Source of the DNA: Tubulanus polymorphus
Taxonomy: Eukaryota > Animalia > Nemertea
Reading direction: 5' to 3'
NCBI RefSeq assembly: GCF_964204645.1
Contig: NC_134027.1
Span: 26,746,560-26,810,559 of the forward strand
Length of the DNA stretch: 64,000 bases
Below the pieces are notes generated by a model. It saw nothing but the letters and a program-made list of their open reading frames with translations. It was not told where the DNA came from and ran no database searches. The position numbers and the translations under genes are program-made. Shown here piece by piece: positions 38,507 through 52,600 of this stretch. Within the stretch, counting starts at the first letter, position 1; the number at the start of each line of letters is the position of its first letter.

Positions 38507-38838
38507 AGGCCTTTTTATGAACACTCGATTAGTATATTCGAGTATGCAAAACGTTTTTATGAGCATGGATTATGTCATAATCCGTCATTTTTATGAACAT
38601 TGGTTATCATAATCGATTAGCATACTCAGCATACTCGCTCGGCGAGCAAGTATGCCGATTATCTAATCCAACCGATATGGTGTTCTCGGTAGAAGTCGCT
38701 GCTGAGTAGGCCATAATTGAATAATTTCTACCTGGCGTTTTTATCAACCAACATACCCGGTTATGCTAATTGACACTAATCGGCTATATAATCTAAATAG
38801 CTAATCTATTTCGATTTTGCTGGTTCATAAAAAGGCCT
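38507..38838. mobile_element. 332-bp MITE (Harbinger-like, 16-bp TIR, 3-bp TSD) nested in one hairpin copy
   Basis: aag|aggcctttttatgaac...gttcataaaaaggcct|aag; the seven sibling copies show the empty site gctaaggtcacgg. Confidence 0.9.
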
Positions 38839-40632
38839 AAGGTCACGGAGTATAACTGGATAGCACGTCGATTGCCAGAGTTGACTTTAGTTAGTGTATG
38901 AAAACCCCGCTAACGATGAGCATAGTGACAGCACCGTACGGTCTGGACACCCGGCCCTGTACATCCTTTATTCAGCATCAGGACAACTTGGACCACTCAT
39001 GGGTTTGAACCCGGGATACTCCCGTACATCCTCTTTTCAGCATCAGAACCACTCTGAATCAGTATCAGTAATTGATGGGTTCGATCCCAGGACACCCCTG
39101 TACACTCCTCTATTCAGGCATCGGGACCACTCTGAATCAGTGTCAGTAATTGATGGGTTCGAACCCGGGACAGCCCTGTACATCCTCTATTCAGCATCAG
39201 TACCGCTCTGAATCAGTTATCAGTAATAACGCTTTTGTTAAGATATCAACATTTTACCGTACGGTGCTGCCTCTATGCTCATCGTTAGCGAGATTTTTAT
39301 ACACTAACGTTAGTCAACTCTGGCAAGCTAAGGTCACGGAGTATAACTGGACAGCACGTCGATTGCCAGAGTTGACTTCAGTTAGTGTATGAAAACCCCG
39401 CTAACCATGAGCAAAGCGGCAGCACCGTACGGTCGGGACACCCCTGTACATCCTTTAATCAGCATCAGGACAACTTGGACCACTCATGGACACCCATGTA
39501 CATCCTCTACTCAGCATCAGAACCAATCTGAATCAGTATCAGTAATTAATGGGTTCGAACCCGGGACACCCCTGTTCATCCTCTATTTAGCATCAGGACC
39601 ACTCTGAATCAGTATCAGTAATTACCGAGGTCTGTGATAAGATTGCTGGATTTGAACCCGGGACACCCCCGTACATCCTCTATTCAGCATCAGAACCACT
39701 CTAAATCAGTAATTACTGAGGTCTGTGATACTCCGATAAGATTGCTGGATTCGAACAAGACTGATTTGGATTCGAGAAAACATCCGATTTTGATAGTTAT
39801 ATTTTTCTGCACGCGAGTACAAGAATGTAAACTTCAGATCTGACAACTAAACAATAATGAATCAGTCTAAGAAATAATCAGCAATATAAAAATACTAGGT
39901 TCTCTACTTAAACATTACATGGCAGTAGTTGTAGTAGACTTGTCACTTTAGTCAGAAGGACGGTGCTGTATCCAATCTCAATTTATTACATTTATACCAT
40001 CTTGTGACAATAATAAGGATGTACAAACATTTAGATCATCAATAATTTAACAAACAAGATCTTAATTTTTTGAAATTGTGATTGCGGACATTACTGCAGA
40101 CATCGAACTAAAAATACGAACCTCGTTATAACGAACTTCAGGGATCCAGAAAATATAGTTATAATCGACAGTTCATTATATCCAATATGAAATTATCAAA
40201 ATGTCTATTTCAACCTGACTTGAGAGCATTCCGGGTGGCCGTAAGCTAGGCCACCCAGAATGCTCTCCAGTCAGGTTGAAATAGGCCTAGACATTATTTG
40301 AGAGGAAATTTTAAGTTTGTTATAACCAATAAATCTTTACATCTGAGGTATACATCAAAAGTTGAGGTGATTGTAAGGAAAACAATCTCATCTCAATATC
40401 TCATCTCGACTAATGGAATGTACACAGTTACGGTTGAAACGGTCACATATCTTACCACGACGTGTAAAACAATAATCTCTAATAACATGTTAACATAATA
40501 AAGATAACAATCTACTAACAATATCACAGGACTAAGTACATGTATATCAATCTCAAATTACAAAGCAGAAGTCATCAGACAAATCTTCTCTAACTACTAT
40601 CACTCAGGTTTCAGGCGATGTGGCTGTATAAA

Positions 40633-43600
40633 CTAGAGATGCCATGACGATGATAAGTTCATATCTATCAGCGAACGAATGACTCGTCGTTCCTGATCGG
40701 GTAACATCTTCATTTTACCTTCAAACTCTTCATATTTACCTGTCAACATAATACACAATCAATAGTATATGTCTGAATGACTAAGAATTAGAAATAATGT
40801 CTAAGAAATGTTTCCTTGAGCTAATAGTTTATTCAAGATTTCGACTTAATCCAAATAGTCATTTTAAAATGTACAAACAGAATATAGTTGAAACATCGAA
40901 TAAACTATACTAGCTCAAGGAGACATTGCAGACTGTTTGAGGCTGCTCTTAGTGTGGGATTTTATATGGATACAGGGTCCGATCTAAGGAATGAAAGCCA
41001 CTTGCCCGGGGGGCAAGCATATCTGAAATTTTGCTTGTCCCCTCCAAAAGCTACTTGCCCTACACATGCAGTCCAATTATCATCCGTTGTAATGAGTGGG
41101 AAAAAGCTTTGAAACTTTAAATTGCACCAGCCCGGGGGACAAGTGATGATGATAACCTACTTGCCCTGGTGAGAATATACTTGTCTTGGGCAATCGGACA
41201 AGTGCTTAGATCGGACACTGTGGTTACAACATGGACTCAGAGAGTTTCATCAATAATTATCCTCTACGTTACCTGGAATCGGTGCAGATTTAAAACAAGT
41301 TTGTAATTTCTGTAAGAAATTGGCAAATATTTCGTCGTAAGCCGACTGAGGTTCATCTTCGTCATCGGACCAGTCATCCCAATCCGATCCTCCGTCGTCT
41401 GACTGATGAGTGACAGGTGAAGGAATACGTCCCTCTAACACATCGTTCAAATGATTACTAGATCCTGCTGCTCCTGCTCCTGCTCCTCCACTGTTATTAC
41501 TCGTGTTTAATGCTTGAGACTCGTGTAGAAGTGGTGCCGGCAATTCTATATTCAAATACAATCATTCAATATTGAGTAAAAGTTTACCAACCCCCAGATT
41601 AGACCGGATCCCGAGTTGAGAGTTAACTCACAACCAGACTACTGTCCTCATATCTCTAACTGTAGGAGTTTCACGAAAAATAAGAATAATTTGACATCAA
41701 AGGTAGAAGTTTAATTGAGAAATGAACAAAAAATTACTCTGATTATGAGAGCATTTTAATATTTTCAGAAGGACCTATACCGAGGGTAGTTGAGCTCATC
41801 GAAAGAGTAGAAACTACTGGGTTCTCTCAAACAGTAATCATAGTCAGGTCTACAACCTCTGATAGAGGATCCAGTTCGATGTCAAAGCCATAGTTTTATT
41901 CGAGCTCAGAACTGCGGCACTGGATTCACAGATGTATTTGAAATAGATACCTGGAATATTCTCATTTTCTGAAGAACATTCTGAATCAGAATCCGGAGTC
42001 GGAAATGCTGAAATATGATCAGTCAGTACAGCTACATCAGCTGCATCCATATCTGGTGCCGGTTTATCACAATTCGGTGCCTGCAACAAAAATAATCATC
42101 TTAGATCCAAGACAAATACTTGTAAACCGGGAATGAAAGCTTAGAAAGTGCATATTACTGACCTTACTGACGCGAGAACAAACTTCACGAAACATATCGA
42201 TCAAACTACTGTGATCCCACATCTGTGTCGTAAACACTAAATAAATATCTAAAATCTGTCGTATTCTACTCACATCCATAGTCTGTAAAATATACATCAA
42301 TCTCTGATATCTACAACCACCTCATACAACAGGCTGAAGTCGTCTTAGTTGGGACGATCATTATTTTGACAATTTATTAAAACGATGACTTACATTTAGT
42401 AAATTGAATAAGAAATATAAATTGGTACAACTTGGACTCCAAAATAGAAATGATTTTATCAATGCGATGACTTATCCAAATAAAAACTTACAATTAAGAA
42501 ATTGTATTGCAAATACACCATTTAGGACTAAGAAATTATTCAGATGACTTTAATATGATATTAATACAATGTCATTTCCAATGATGACTCGGGTTTGACT
42601 GTACTGACTGAGTTCTAAACCAACCTTAATGTTAGTAAGAGATACAAGTTGTTTCAAAGCAGCTTGACAAATCGACCGAACATTCTCCTCAGCAGACGAG
42701 CGATCCTGATGTAAGAAATACTGCCCCGTGTACATAGCTATCGTTCCAACACTGAAACATGTTATTAATAACAGGATTAGAAGAGCAGTGATATTCACAC
42801 AGTCTCACATCTATTGACACATGTCACAATCTATGTGGTATGTAAGAAAGAACATTCAACATCAAATACCGGTATCTGTTAAATTGACCTTTCACTCATC
42901 TTCAGGGGTCAATTGACCCTAAGTTGGATAAAGTTAACCAGCGGATAGTTGACATAGTGACAATTAAAACTTCATTTTTACTATGGTATTCAATCGCATC
43001 TATCTCTAACCAACTTTTCAGCAACTACAGCCCCCGAGATTCATTAAACTTCAATATTGTGGGTCTATCATATATCAAGTTCCCTCACGCCCTGTCCCTC
43101 CCTGTCCCTCTCCCTCCCTCACCCTCATCCCTCTCCCTCATCCTCACTATCTCTCCCTCACTCCCTCACTCTTCTGTTTACCTTTCAATGAATGTTTTAC
43201 AGTCATCCAGTTCTCCAGATGTAGCTCCGATATAATAGATCAATACCGGTAACATTTCAATAACGCACAGCAGATCGGCTTGTTTAAAGAAAGCAGGAAA
43301 ATACAACATGACAATTTTCAATAACTGTTTTTCGACTTGTAGAGCATTTTCGCGTGGAGTCCCAACTTTTATACAACAACTGAAAAATAAGTATGGATGA
43401 AAAAATCAATCAGTGACTGATGATTAATTATAACAGATATAATTTACCTGAGAATTCATGTAAAATCCCATAATGAGAATGAAAATATCAGAAAAAGTTT
43501 CCTTGAGCTAGTGTAGTTTATTTCATTGATTCAACTATATCCTAATAGTCATCTGCAGGAATACTGTATTCTACTATTAGAATATAGTTGAAATGTTGAA

Positions 43601-46600
43601 ATAAACAAATAACTCAAATAAACTTTTTGGACTCAATTTTTCATTGTTATTGCAGGATTTTCTATATTATCGTTACAACACGGACTCAGAGATTATTGTT
43701 TTATCAATGGTTATAATTACCTGAGAAAACCCTCGGAAGGAGTGTGGAATGTTGTTGTTACTGGTTGTGTGTTTTGTATCTGTTCTGGATGTGAATGTGA
43801 GAAAACTTTCACTATAAAATCCGAGATCGATTTCACTTGTTCCAAGTTCTGTGAAAAGAAAATTGATACCCATCCTGTGTAAGGGCTGTAGGTAAATTCT
43901 CCTTATTTATTAATCGTATTGAGTTTATCATCGGTACCTTTTCTAAATGTGACCGAAAATACAATTGCGATATCATCAGCGTCTCCATGGCAACCAATGA
44001 CAGACGATCACAAACTGGACGGATGAGCAATGAATGGACGTAATCCGACCAATCAGAGACGTTCTCAGTTACAGCATCGGTAATTGTTTGCACGACATTC
44101 GTACATAACTTCATATTGTCCTGTGAGAAATTTTGAATCAATTAATTTGTTTATAGTTTTTACCGAGAATTGTATAAAATGTTGACATCATCAGGGCGGA
44201 TCTAGAAAAAGTGGAGGGCGGGATTTAAAAGGAAGGACATCCCTCAGGTAAAACAGCCTTGGTGAAGGCTTCAAGCAGGATTCCACCATCAGGGTGAGAT
44301 ATTTTTTAAGAAATCCATCCAAAAAGTAGCAATTTCCAAGCGTCAAATTCAAAGGCCTCAACAAATTCTGTCTTGACAAAAAAGGTGGCAACCTTGATGA
44401 GAAGCCAGAGTCCAGACCCACAAAAACCTCCCTCTAGATCTGCCCTTGATCATACTCTCAGCGTACCTGCCACGCAGCAGGCGGATTATTCAACAGATGC
44501 TGTAGTTTTCCCGCGTGCGCAACGGCGCATTTGATAAGAACGCAAAGACCATAACTCATAACACAAGTTTCTGTAATCAGATGACTATTGATAAACTCAA
44601 CCAGAAGATTCATATCAAACCATCGAATTACTTCCGATACCAGCGGCAAAACCTAAAATAATACAAAAATGGAAAGAAATTCTTATTTCTAGCAGCAAGA
44701 CATCATATATTTCATATACCAGGAGCAGCAGTTGCTCAAAAGACGGTTAAAGTTAACCAGAGGATAGTTGACATAGTGACAATTAAGTTCCAATTCATCC
44801 CCCCCCTCCGGTCAACTTTAACCTGTTACTGTCCTAAGGAATTAATTTTCATAATGACACAGAACTCTTACATAGTTTACAAATCAACAGGTTTCAGTTG
44901 AACTGTTGGTATAGATGACTAAGTAAATACGACAAGTATATACACAGTACCTGTTGTCCCATGCGTCTCACTTCCCAACGACTATCCCCTAAACATTCAA
45001 TAGTCTGCAATAACATCCTCTCCAATAGAATTCTCATTGTTTGTGTATTGACAGCAGATTCTTCAGTTAAAACATCACCATTAGGCTCCTACAAGAATAG
45101 ATACCTTAAATCACACTTTCAAATAAAAGATCTAGGCAAATATTGGCTATGCAGCTTATGGGGTAAGAATGATTTCCTGGGAACTGCTCAGTGACCGGGG
45201 TTATCCTGCTGAAATCTTTGTCAGTTTTACTATGATAATATCGATTACACATAGGTACTAATATATGTTGTTTTAAACAATGTAGGACCACGTAAAAATG
45301 AGTAAAAAAAGTGGGACTTTTTGGGGTCTCTGAGTGCTGGAATTTATAAACTGTCTATTTTTGTAACCTGCTCGTACACTTGCCCATGAGTGATTTGCTC
45401 ATAAGGCTGCTGATGAACAGGTCTACAGTTTTAGGAATCTGCAGAGATGAACAACGGGTCTAGGGTATTTGAAAGTTGCTCTCGTCTAAATGGAGTAATT
45501 CTTAAAATGACTGAAGGCCTGAAAGTTGCGAAAACCTATTAGTACATTTTAGTTTGCAATACTGAGGGACCAAACCATCCATAGCTCATCGGGTGACATG
45601 ACTAGAGGTCAAGGATTTATTGGTACAAAAATAATTGGGTTTCTTTATACCTTTTTGACGACGTCAGACTCTTTCGCTAATGAAAGTAAAGCGAATGATC
45701 GCGCGTTTTGTTCGGTTGATTTTGTATAGTAACAAAAATGTTTGCTCCACGCTCTTTGTCCGCCGAGAGATGAACCGACTCGAAATGAATCACTCGTCTG
45801 CGTTCTGTAAAAATCAAACAATGAATTCAATTCCTCGATAGGAGCCACCTGAAATATTTCTAGTATTCTAAATAAACTTTTCAGTCTTTTTACAATTGTG
45901 GGATTTTACATTCGTTGTTTTATCACAGATCCTTGATAAGGGTTTTTAGCTGGAAACTGAAAATCAGTTTATAAAATTCTTTTCAACTATTCGTTTTTTT
46001 GAAGGTGGGTTTAACTCTATTATACTCTTACTTGCAATAATTTCACGAGCAAATTTCATATGATAGAAAATATTGAATTTTCTTTAATCATATGAAATAA
46101 GAACAACTAATATGACGATGATAGTAGCACACAGTAACACAATATGATGATGGTACATGTATCCGTGTATGCTAGTGAAGCTGAAGCCAAAAACCTTCAC
46201 AAGAGATTCACAACATTAGCTTCGAAATACATCAAACTGAACAAATTCTGTATGAATTCAATTCAGACAAGACACGCATCTAGAGGATTTATACACAAAA
46301 CTCACAACATCGAAGATTTAACAAAGAAAATAAGTTACACTGACACTTTGAGATCTATTCAGAGATTTATTTGAAATGAATTTAATGAAACACTGATTTC
46401 AAATGAATTTCTGAATAAAGGTAGAAGCATTTTACCCGTAATGTCACATTAACATTGTTTTCATTAATATCAATCTTCAATATTAAGGATCTTTACAGAA
46501 ATTCACAGAATTTTATACAAAAAGCTGCTAAACATAGATGAAGCAGACACAGTAATTACACATGTACGTATTTACACATAGATAACGATGATACCTTTTT

Positions 46601-49600
46601 AGATATTTTCGTCTGCTGTTTTATGATTTATTAATGAAGAAAAAACATGCAAAACTTTATTTAGTCAACAACAGTAGGATGTAATTCACATTTTACTGGA
46701 TCCAAAACTACAGTTCTCACGTACAATTTGGTGCATTCAACATTGATAGGAACATCACTGATACATGGTATGTATAAAAGGGAATTCTATTTTGACGGGT
46801 TTTTTCACAATGCAACGATTAGAAATAATACTGACCTCAATCTTGGATGAATGTTTTCTGTTTGTGGTTCGTCATTGCTGTCTCGCCTCTAGAAAACATG
46901 AGATAATATCAATCAATACCAACTCATAAACAGGTTCGGTAATAAAACATAGGAATTGAATTATGTTAGTAAAATACAGTGATATAGCTGGTTCAAACCA
47001 AGCATGGAAATCAGAGACTCATAGGTAAATAAGATAGAAAAAAAACTGACAACAACTTCTTGAAACATTCATTACAAAAATAATTAAAAGATGAACTATT
47101 ACTTTTATCTTATCACCTTATTTGAAATAAATGAAGAACGTATAATTAAAATGTGTATTAGAGATGACAAACACTGAAATAGACTTAAAACGATTGAATA
47201 TAAAGATGAAATATAGCTATTGTAAAGAGAAATGTGCATCAATTCACATTAAGAAGAACAGATGAAATAATCACTGATAGTTGTTACAATAGTATTGAGC
47301 TATTTAACTATTGTCTAAATCTTAAATCTCAGAAAAGTTAAATATATTAAACATTGTGTTATCAGTTCGAGCAAAAACCATAAAATCATTCACAAAACCA
47401 TGATGACAACTTTAATCCTACTCAATACATGACACGCGCACTAAAACAATGACAAAATACATCGACAACATGCTGTTAAAACTGACAGACATTTACAGCA
47501 GTGGCACATGTAAAATATTCTATTCATCAAGTTTACCTTCACCCAGTTGTGCGCTATTACTTGAAATTTCTAGAAAAATTTACAACGTTAGTTCATAATG
47601 TTCTAGAAACTAAATGAGCTTCAGAGCGTACACAATGTCACCAGGACTCAGTTCTACGGCTCTCGAACATTTCAGCGACTCGACTTTAACCGGTTAAAAT
47701 TTTGATCTTATTATTGAGATAAATTTTGTGAAAATAAACTCCCTGCGTCAATCTATTCTTAACTCTAGCTCACACAGCTGTGGAACTGGATCCTGATCCT
47801 GAAGATTGGTTTCATTGTGCAGCAGATTCACATTCAGTATAAGGGGGTAACAGGGTCAGTGGAGTTTGAATTCGATACACAGTAAAATGTTAATCAGTTG
47901 ACTACCACTACAGCATGCAGCAGATATAAAAAACCAATCGGTCGAAAGGTCCAAATAAAATGGCACAGAAAACATCAATAAACTGAGAAAACCAAATACA
48001 CGGCTACAAAGAATTTCAGTTTTATGTCCATGAATGGCTAATTTTCAGCCAGCATCATACTTTTAATAGAGTTGATAGTTATTTGACATCGATTATCATA
48101 GAAGTTTATATGGTTCGTACACAGCGAAACTAACCTTCAGCATAGCAGGTGGAATCTCTTCAGAAGGCATCGACGTGCTGACTGACGTATGTCTTACAAC
48201 TGTCCTTCGTTTCAATTTAGCTTCGTACAACATCTCCGAAACCTACATCCATAAGAATACAAAACATTTTTTACAATTGCAATAATTTCCTGGTATCAGA
48301 TTAAACATAAACGCATGTAGTAAGTACTCTTTAGTTTAACTTGAAATCATGAGTTCAGGCGCGTTTGAAGCAATTTTTAATTGCTGCGGCCAAATGCCAA
48401 TTTTGGACAGGTTCTACATATTGCTGCGGCGAATTTACTTAAATTTGTTCAAAAATATGGTATTCATAGAAAAAAAATGTCATTCAGAAAAGAAGTCGCT
48501 GCACTTCAAACGCACTGGAGTTTTTGCTACAAGTGCATTGAGTAGCTTCATCAGGTAAATGGATTAAGTCTTTCCAATAACAACAGCAATTCGAATAAAA
48601 TCAATTAACTAACACCAGTACATTTACTACCTATTGAATGATAATAATGAAAGAAGAGACTAACCCCTGGTGATGGGCAAGGACTAGGAACATTCCAGGA
48701 TGTTCTCAAACTCCCAGAACTCGGTGGCTTCATAAACGTGTCTTCCGTTTCTCTACAAAATATTCAAAACATTCACCAAATATTTGAGAACAAACTTTTT
48801 TTGTTTGCATTTTCTTTTATAGTTTAAAATTAATACAAAGATTTCTTCTCACTTTTCTGTCTCATCGATAGATGAATTGAGTCGACTCGGTCCGAACGTA
48901 TAAAACCAATGATTCTTAATGAGAAATTCCAGAATTAACTCATAAGCGAACAGACGACCTTCACGCCATTCCCAAGCATCCACTAATGACCTTTTCTCTA
49001 CAAATTTAAATGATTCAGTTTTCTAATTGATATTCCTAAACTGGAATACGTTTAATTGAAATCAGCCTTGATTCAAAACGTGAAATACGACAAAAGCTTT
49101 CATTAAGAATCATCACTTTCATATTTACCGTGATCATCGAGTGAATGTATCTTAGTAATAGTCAACTGTCTGCGCAATTTTCCGTGTTTGCTTTGTCCGG
49201 TTTCCATGGAAATCGATTGTTTCAAACGATCAGCATCGACGATCCAATCAGCGGATAGACCTTGGAGTAGTTGTTTTAAATGTATCGGGTCGTTGCAGTC
49301 GTGAGCGACGAGGTATTTGAATATCGTACTCGTAGCTTGTCGAACAGTCGACGCTGGATGCATCAGATACACATTGAACGTGTCGAAATATTCATTACGT
49401 TTTTGAAGAAGAAACGATGGAGGGATGTGCTGAAATGAAATTGAATGGTTATTCAAAAATAAAATATGGAATCTTGACCAGGTTCCAACAGTTGTTTCTG
49501 GGCACAGTTTCATGAAAATATAAACTAATTTTTTTGGTTTTATCGTAAAGGGTTACTTTGTGTTTTCCTGAATGAGGACAACAATTTAATTTGTAGTTTT

Positions 49601-52600
49601 CAGCTTAAATAAGATAAAAACTCACTATCTACAGATTAAAAGAATTTAAAAAAAACAAGTTTTTTAGTCTATATCTCACACCTGACGATGATCTCTAGGT
49701 TGAGATCGAAACGTTGTGTATTCTATATATTTCAGATTGAATAAATAAATTCTTGTTTTTTAAAAATTCTTTTAATCTGTAGATGGGTAGATGGTAGTGG
49801 ATTTTTATCTTATTATCTGTTCACCACGTTTGAGTGCGGTTATCGTTCTATTTCAGCTTTAATGTTTTCATGAAACTGCACCAAGAACGCGGTCATGGCT
49901 TAGACATAAAACCAGTCTAAGACCATCTAAGTTCTTTAATCTTACAACTTACGACCAGTCTTAAGATTCAAAACGGCTTTTGGACTTAAGTCTCAACTAT
50001 GAAAATCGCCCCTGGGGTTAAAACATAGGTAATGAGCTGATTATATTTTGTGGCCCCTATTTAGTACCGTAAATCAATTCAATGCTTACTTTGACTAGAA
50101 AAAGACAGACTCCTAAAATACCTTCGGCGGTAAAGGCATCGATGAACATTGGTGCAGTAGATTCCTGAATATAAAAAATTGTCATCAGAAATAAGCACTA
50201 TAAAGCTCTAATGAATTTTGAATTGAAACTTTTTAATCGAAAGATTTTTACTTCATGTTGTTTGTCGTTTGTAGCTGCCGTTATGTGAGGATTTTTCAAA
50301 TGGCAAATAACATCATTAAATGCATCAACGGCTTCCTGAAATATGAGAAATTAAAACATAAGAAATAAATCTATTCCTTAGAATGAAAACACATGAAAGT
50401 TCAATATTCAATTCATACCTGAAAATCACATTTGGTGATGTACACAGAAAATGCTTTAGTCATGTTCTCTCTGATGGTCAATTGTGGATTAGCCAGTAAC
50501 GAATACAACAATTGTTTAATTCCTTTCTGAATGAATTCGGGCATTTCATGCATTTCATTCATTCCCAGCTGAAATATGAACAGGTATAATATCGATAACG
50601 TGAACAAGAAAAACCCGTGCGAAAAATCAGTAATTAATTCTTACCACTAATTTGTATTTTGGTTTATTTTCTGAAGCGACAGCAGCATCCACGTACGAGT
50701 CTGTCCAATGAAGTTTCTTCACAATATAATGAATTCCTGAATTATAAAGCAATGAATAGAATATGAACATGATTTATGTAACCTACGAATCAGTAAAATT
50801 CAATACGTACCAGTGATAGCACCTTCCTTCGCTTGCCACGTCGAATCAGATGATAAACAAACCTAAATCATATATCAATTCATAGTAAACCACTGAGAAA
50901 ATACTCGTATAATAGTTAATAAGATTAAAGCCCACTTAATTTAAAGGAGTCAATACAAAATTTATCATTTAACCCTTTCAGTGCTGACTTATTAATATCC
51001 ATAAGTGCTGGATATCTAAATGAGTCAAACAAAATATATCAATTCAAAGTAAACCACAGAGAAAATACTCGAAGAATAGATAATAAGATTAAAGCCCTCT
51101 AAATTATAAAGGATTCAAAAACAAAATTCATCATTTAAATCAATAAATAAGATGTTTCAGGCTCTCTCTAGAGACTATCGTCAGATATGAAATGTTTATC
51201 TTACACTTGCCAATGATCGGTAGAGTCTGAAACATTGTGTCTTTTGATATTAGTTCTTGATAAATGAATTTTGTTACCAGTCTTGGTGCATCGCTTGTTT
51301 TAATATTATCACTTAGAAAATGTTTCAATAAACAAATATATTTTACCGTTATAAGATGACTAAAGAATGACTGTAAACTTGGAATTGTTAATTTTTCAAC
51401 AACAGGACCGAGTCTTGATGCGCAAATATTACGAATTGCCGACCAGATATCAGTCATACCAGTTATCAGCAAACTCTGTAAGAGAATAATCATTAAACAT
51501 CATCAGGTGCCGCAGTTTTAACCCTTTTTAAACCAGTGGAATTCTGGATGCAGGTTTCATTTCTGCTCGAATATTTCTGACCTCAACTCGTGGAAAGTTG
51601 TCTGTATTAAGCTGATCACTTGTTTTCTTCAACCATTCCATCACGTGCACAAAGGTCTGGTTTCTAACCATCGGCTTTTGGGATGCTAAAAATTGATGTA
51701 AAATTCACTTATAATTATTGAAATTCACATCATGGAATTTTATGTAATAACAATGCATTAATTGAAACAAGATTGGTTACTACAATTCAATTAACGTTTG
51801 TGTCATTTCGTAACTGTGGAACTTTTTTGCCTTTTGCTAGTGATAAAGATGAAGGATTTTGTAAGATTTACAAACCTGAATTAACAGTAAACTTGAAAGC
51901 TTCAATTAATAAATCATTGATGTCTTGGAACTTATACCTAAAACATATAAATAGTGGAGTGGATAAATCTTAAGCAGTTTAAACCTTTTTGCACTGCTGA
52001 CTAATTGATAAGTGTTGAAGATAATTTGAAAATTCTACCCAGTGCCTTGTTCAACAGGCAATGCGGTGTATCATTAGTTACTAATATTTCACTATGTTTG
52101 ACAGGTGCTGCCATCTTTCAATAGAGATAAGAACTAATTACTAATTACATCAATACACTGTGAAGCGAGCTGTTCGGACATAATCCCACAGACCAAAATC
52201 CCACATCCCATATTCCCATATCCAAAATACCATAAACCAATATCCCACATTATTCCGGACAAATTACCACATTCAGGTTTTAGGAATATATAATCATAAT
52301 GTATAGTAAAATATTCCTGTTCAAGTATTTTATTCTCAAAGAATATATCAAAAGTTATAAAATCTTCAAACGTAAATAATCAGTTTGTTGATATTTGCAT
52401 GGCCCGTTTGATCTACTGGGAATAATGAATAATAAGTACTCATTAATTATCATTATGTCTAATGTGTTCGTGCTAATTTCAGCTTAACACTGTTGAAAGA
52501 TCAAAGTAAGACAATTTGCTGCTTCCATCATCCTTTCATCGGGAAAACAATGAAAATTAGTTATTAGTTTATTAGTGAAGCGATGTACTAGCAAGTCAAT

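Larger units (their letters stand above)
34432..39760. repeat. Composite tandem array: 76-bp tRNA-like units, 8 copies of a ~180-bp hairpin element, MITE D copies and two hammerhead-bearing segments; higher-order periods 810 and 1440 bp
   Basis: Unit aattgatgggttcgaacccgggacacccctgtacatcctctattcagcatcaggaccactctgaatcagtatcagt. Identical ORFs at 35239/36049 and near-identical ORFs at 36614/38054 give the periods. Confidence 0.9.

Noticed and set aside
34432-39760. CRISPR-like array, real tRNA cluster or repeated small proteins
   Set aside because: Eukaryotic context, no unique spacers or cas genes. I cannot fold the 76-bp unit into a full cloverleaf. The ORFs are repeat translations.
45925-45970. 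CTTGATAAGGG...GAAA possible additional hammerhead-like remnant
   Set aside because: Core and stems are too degenerate to support a call.
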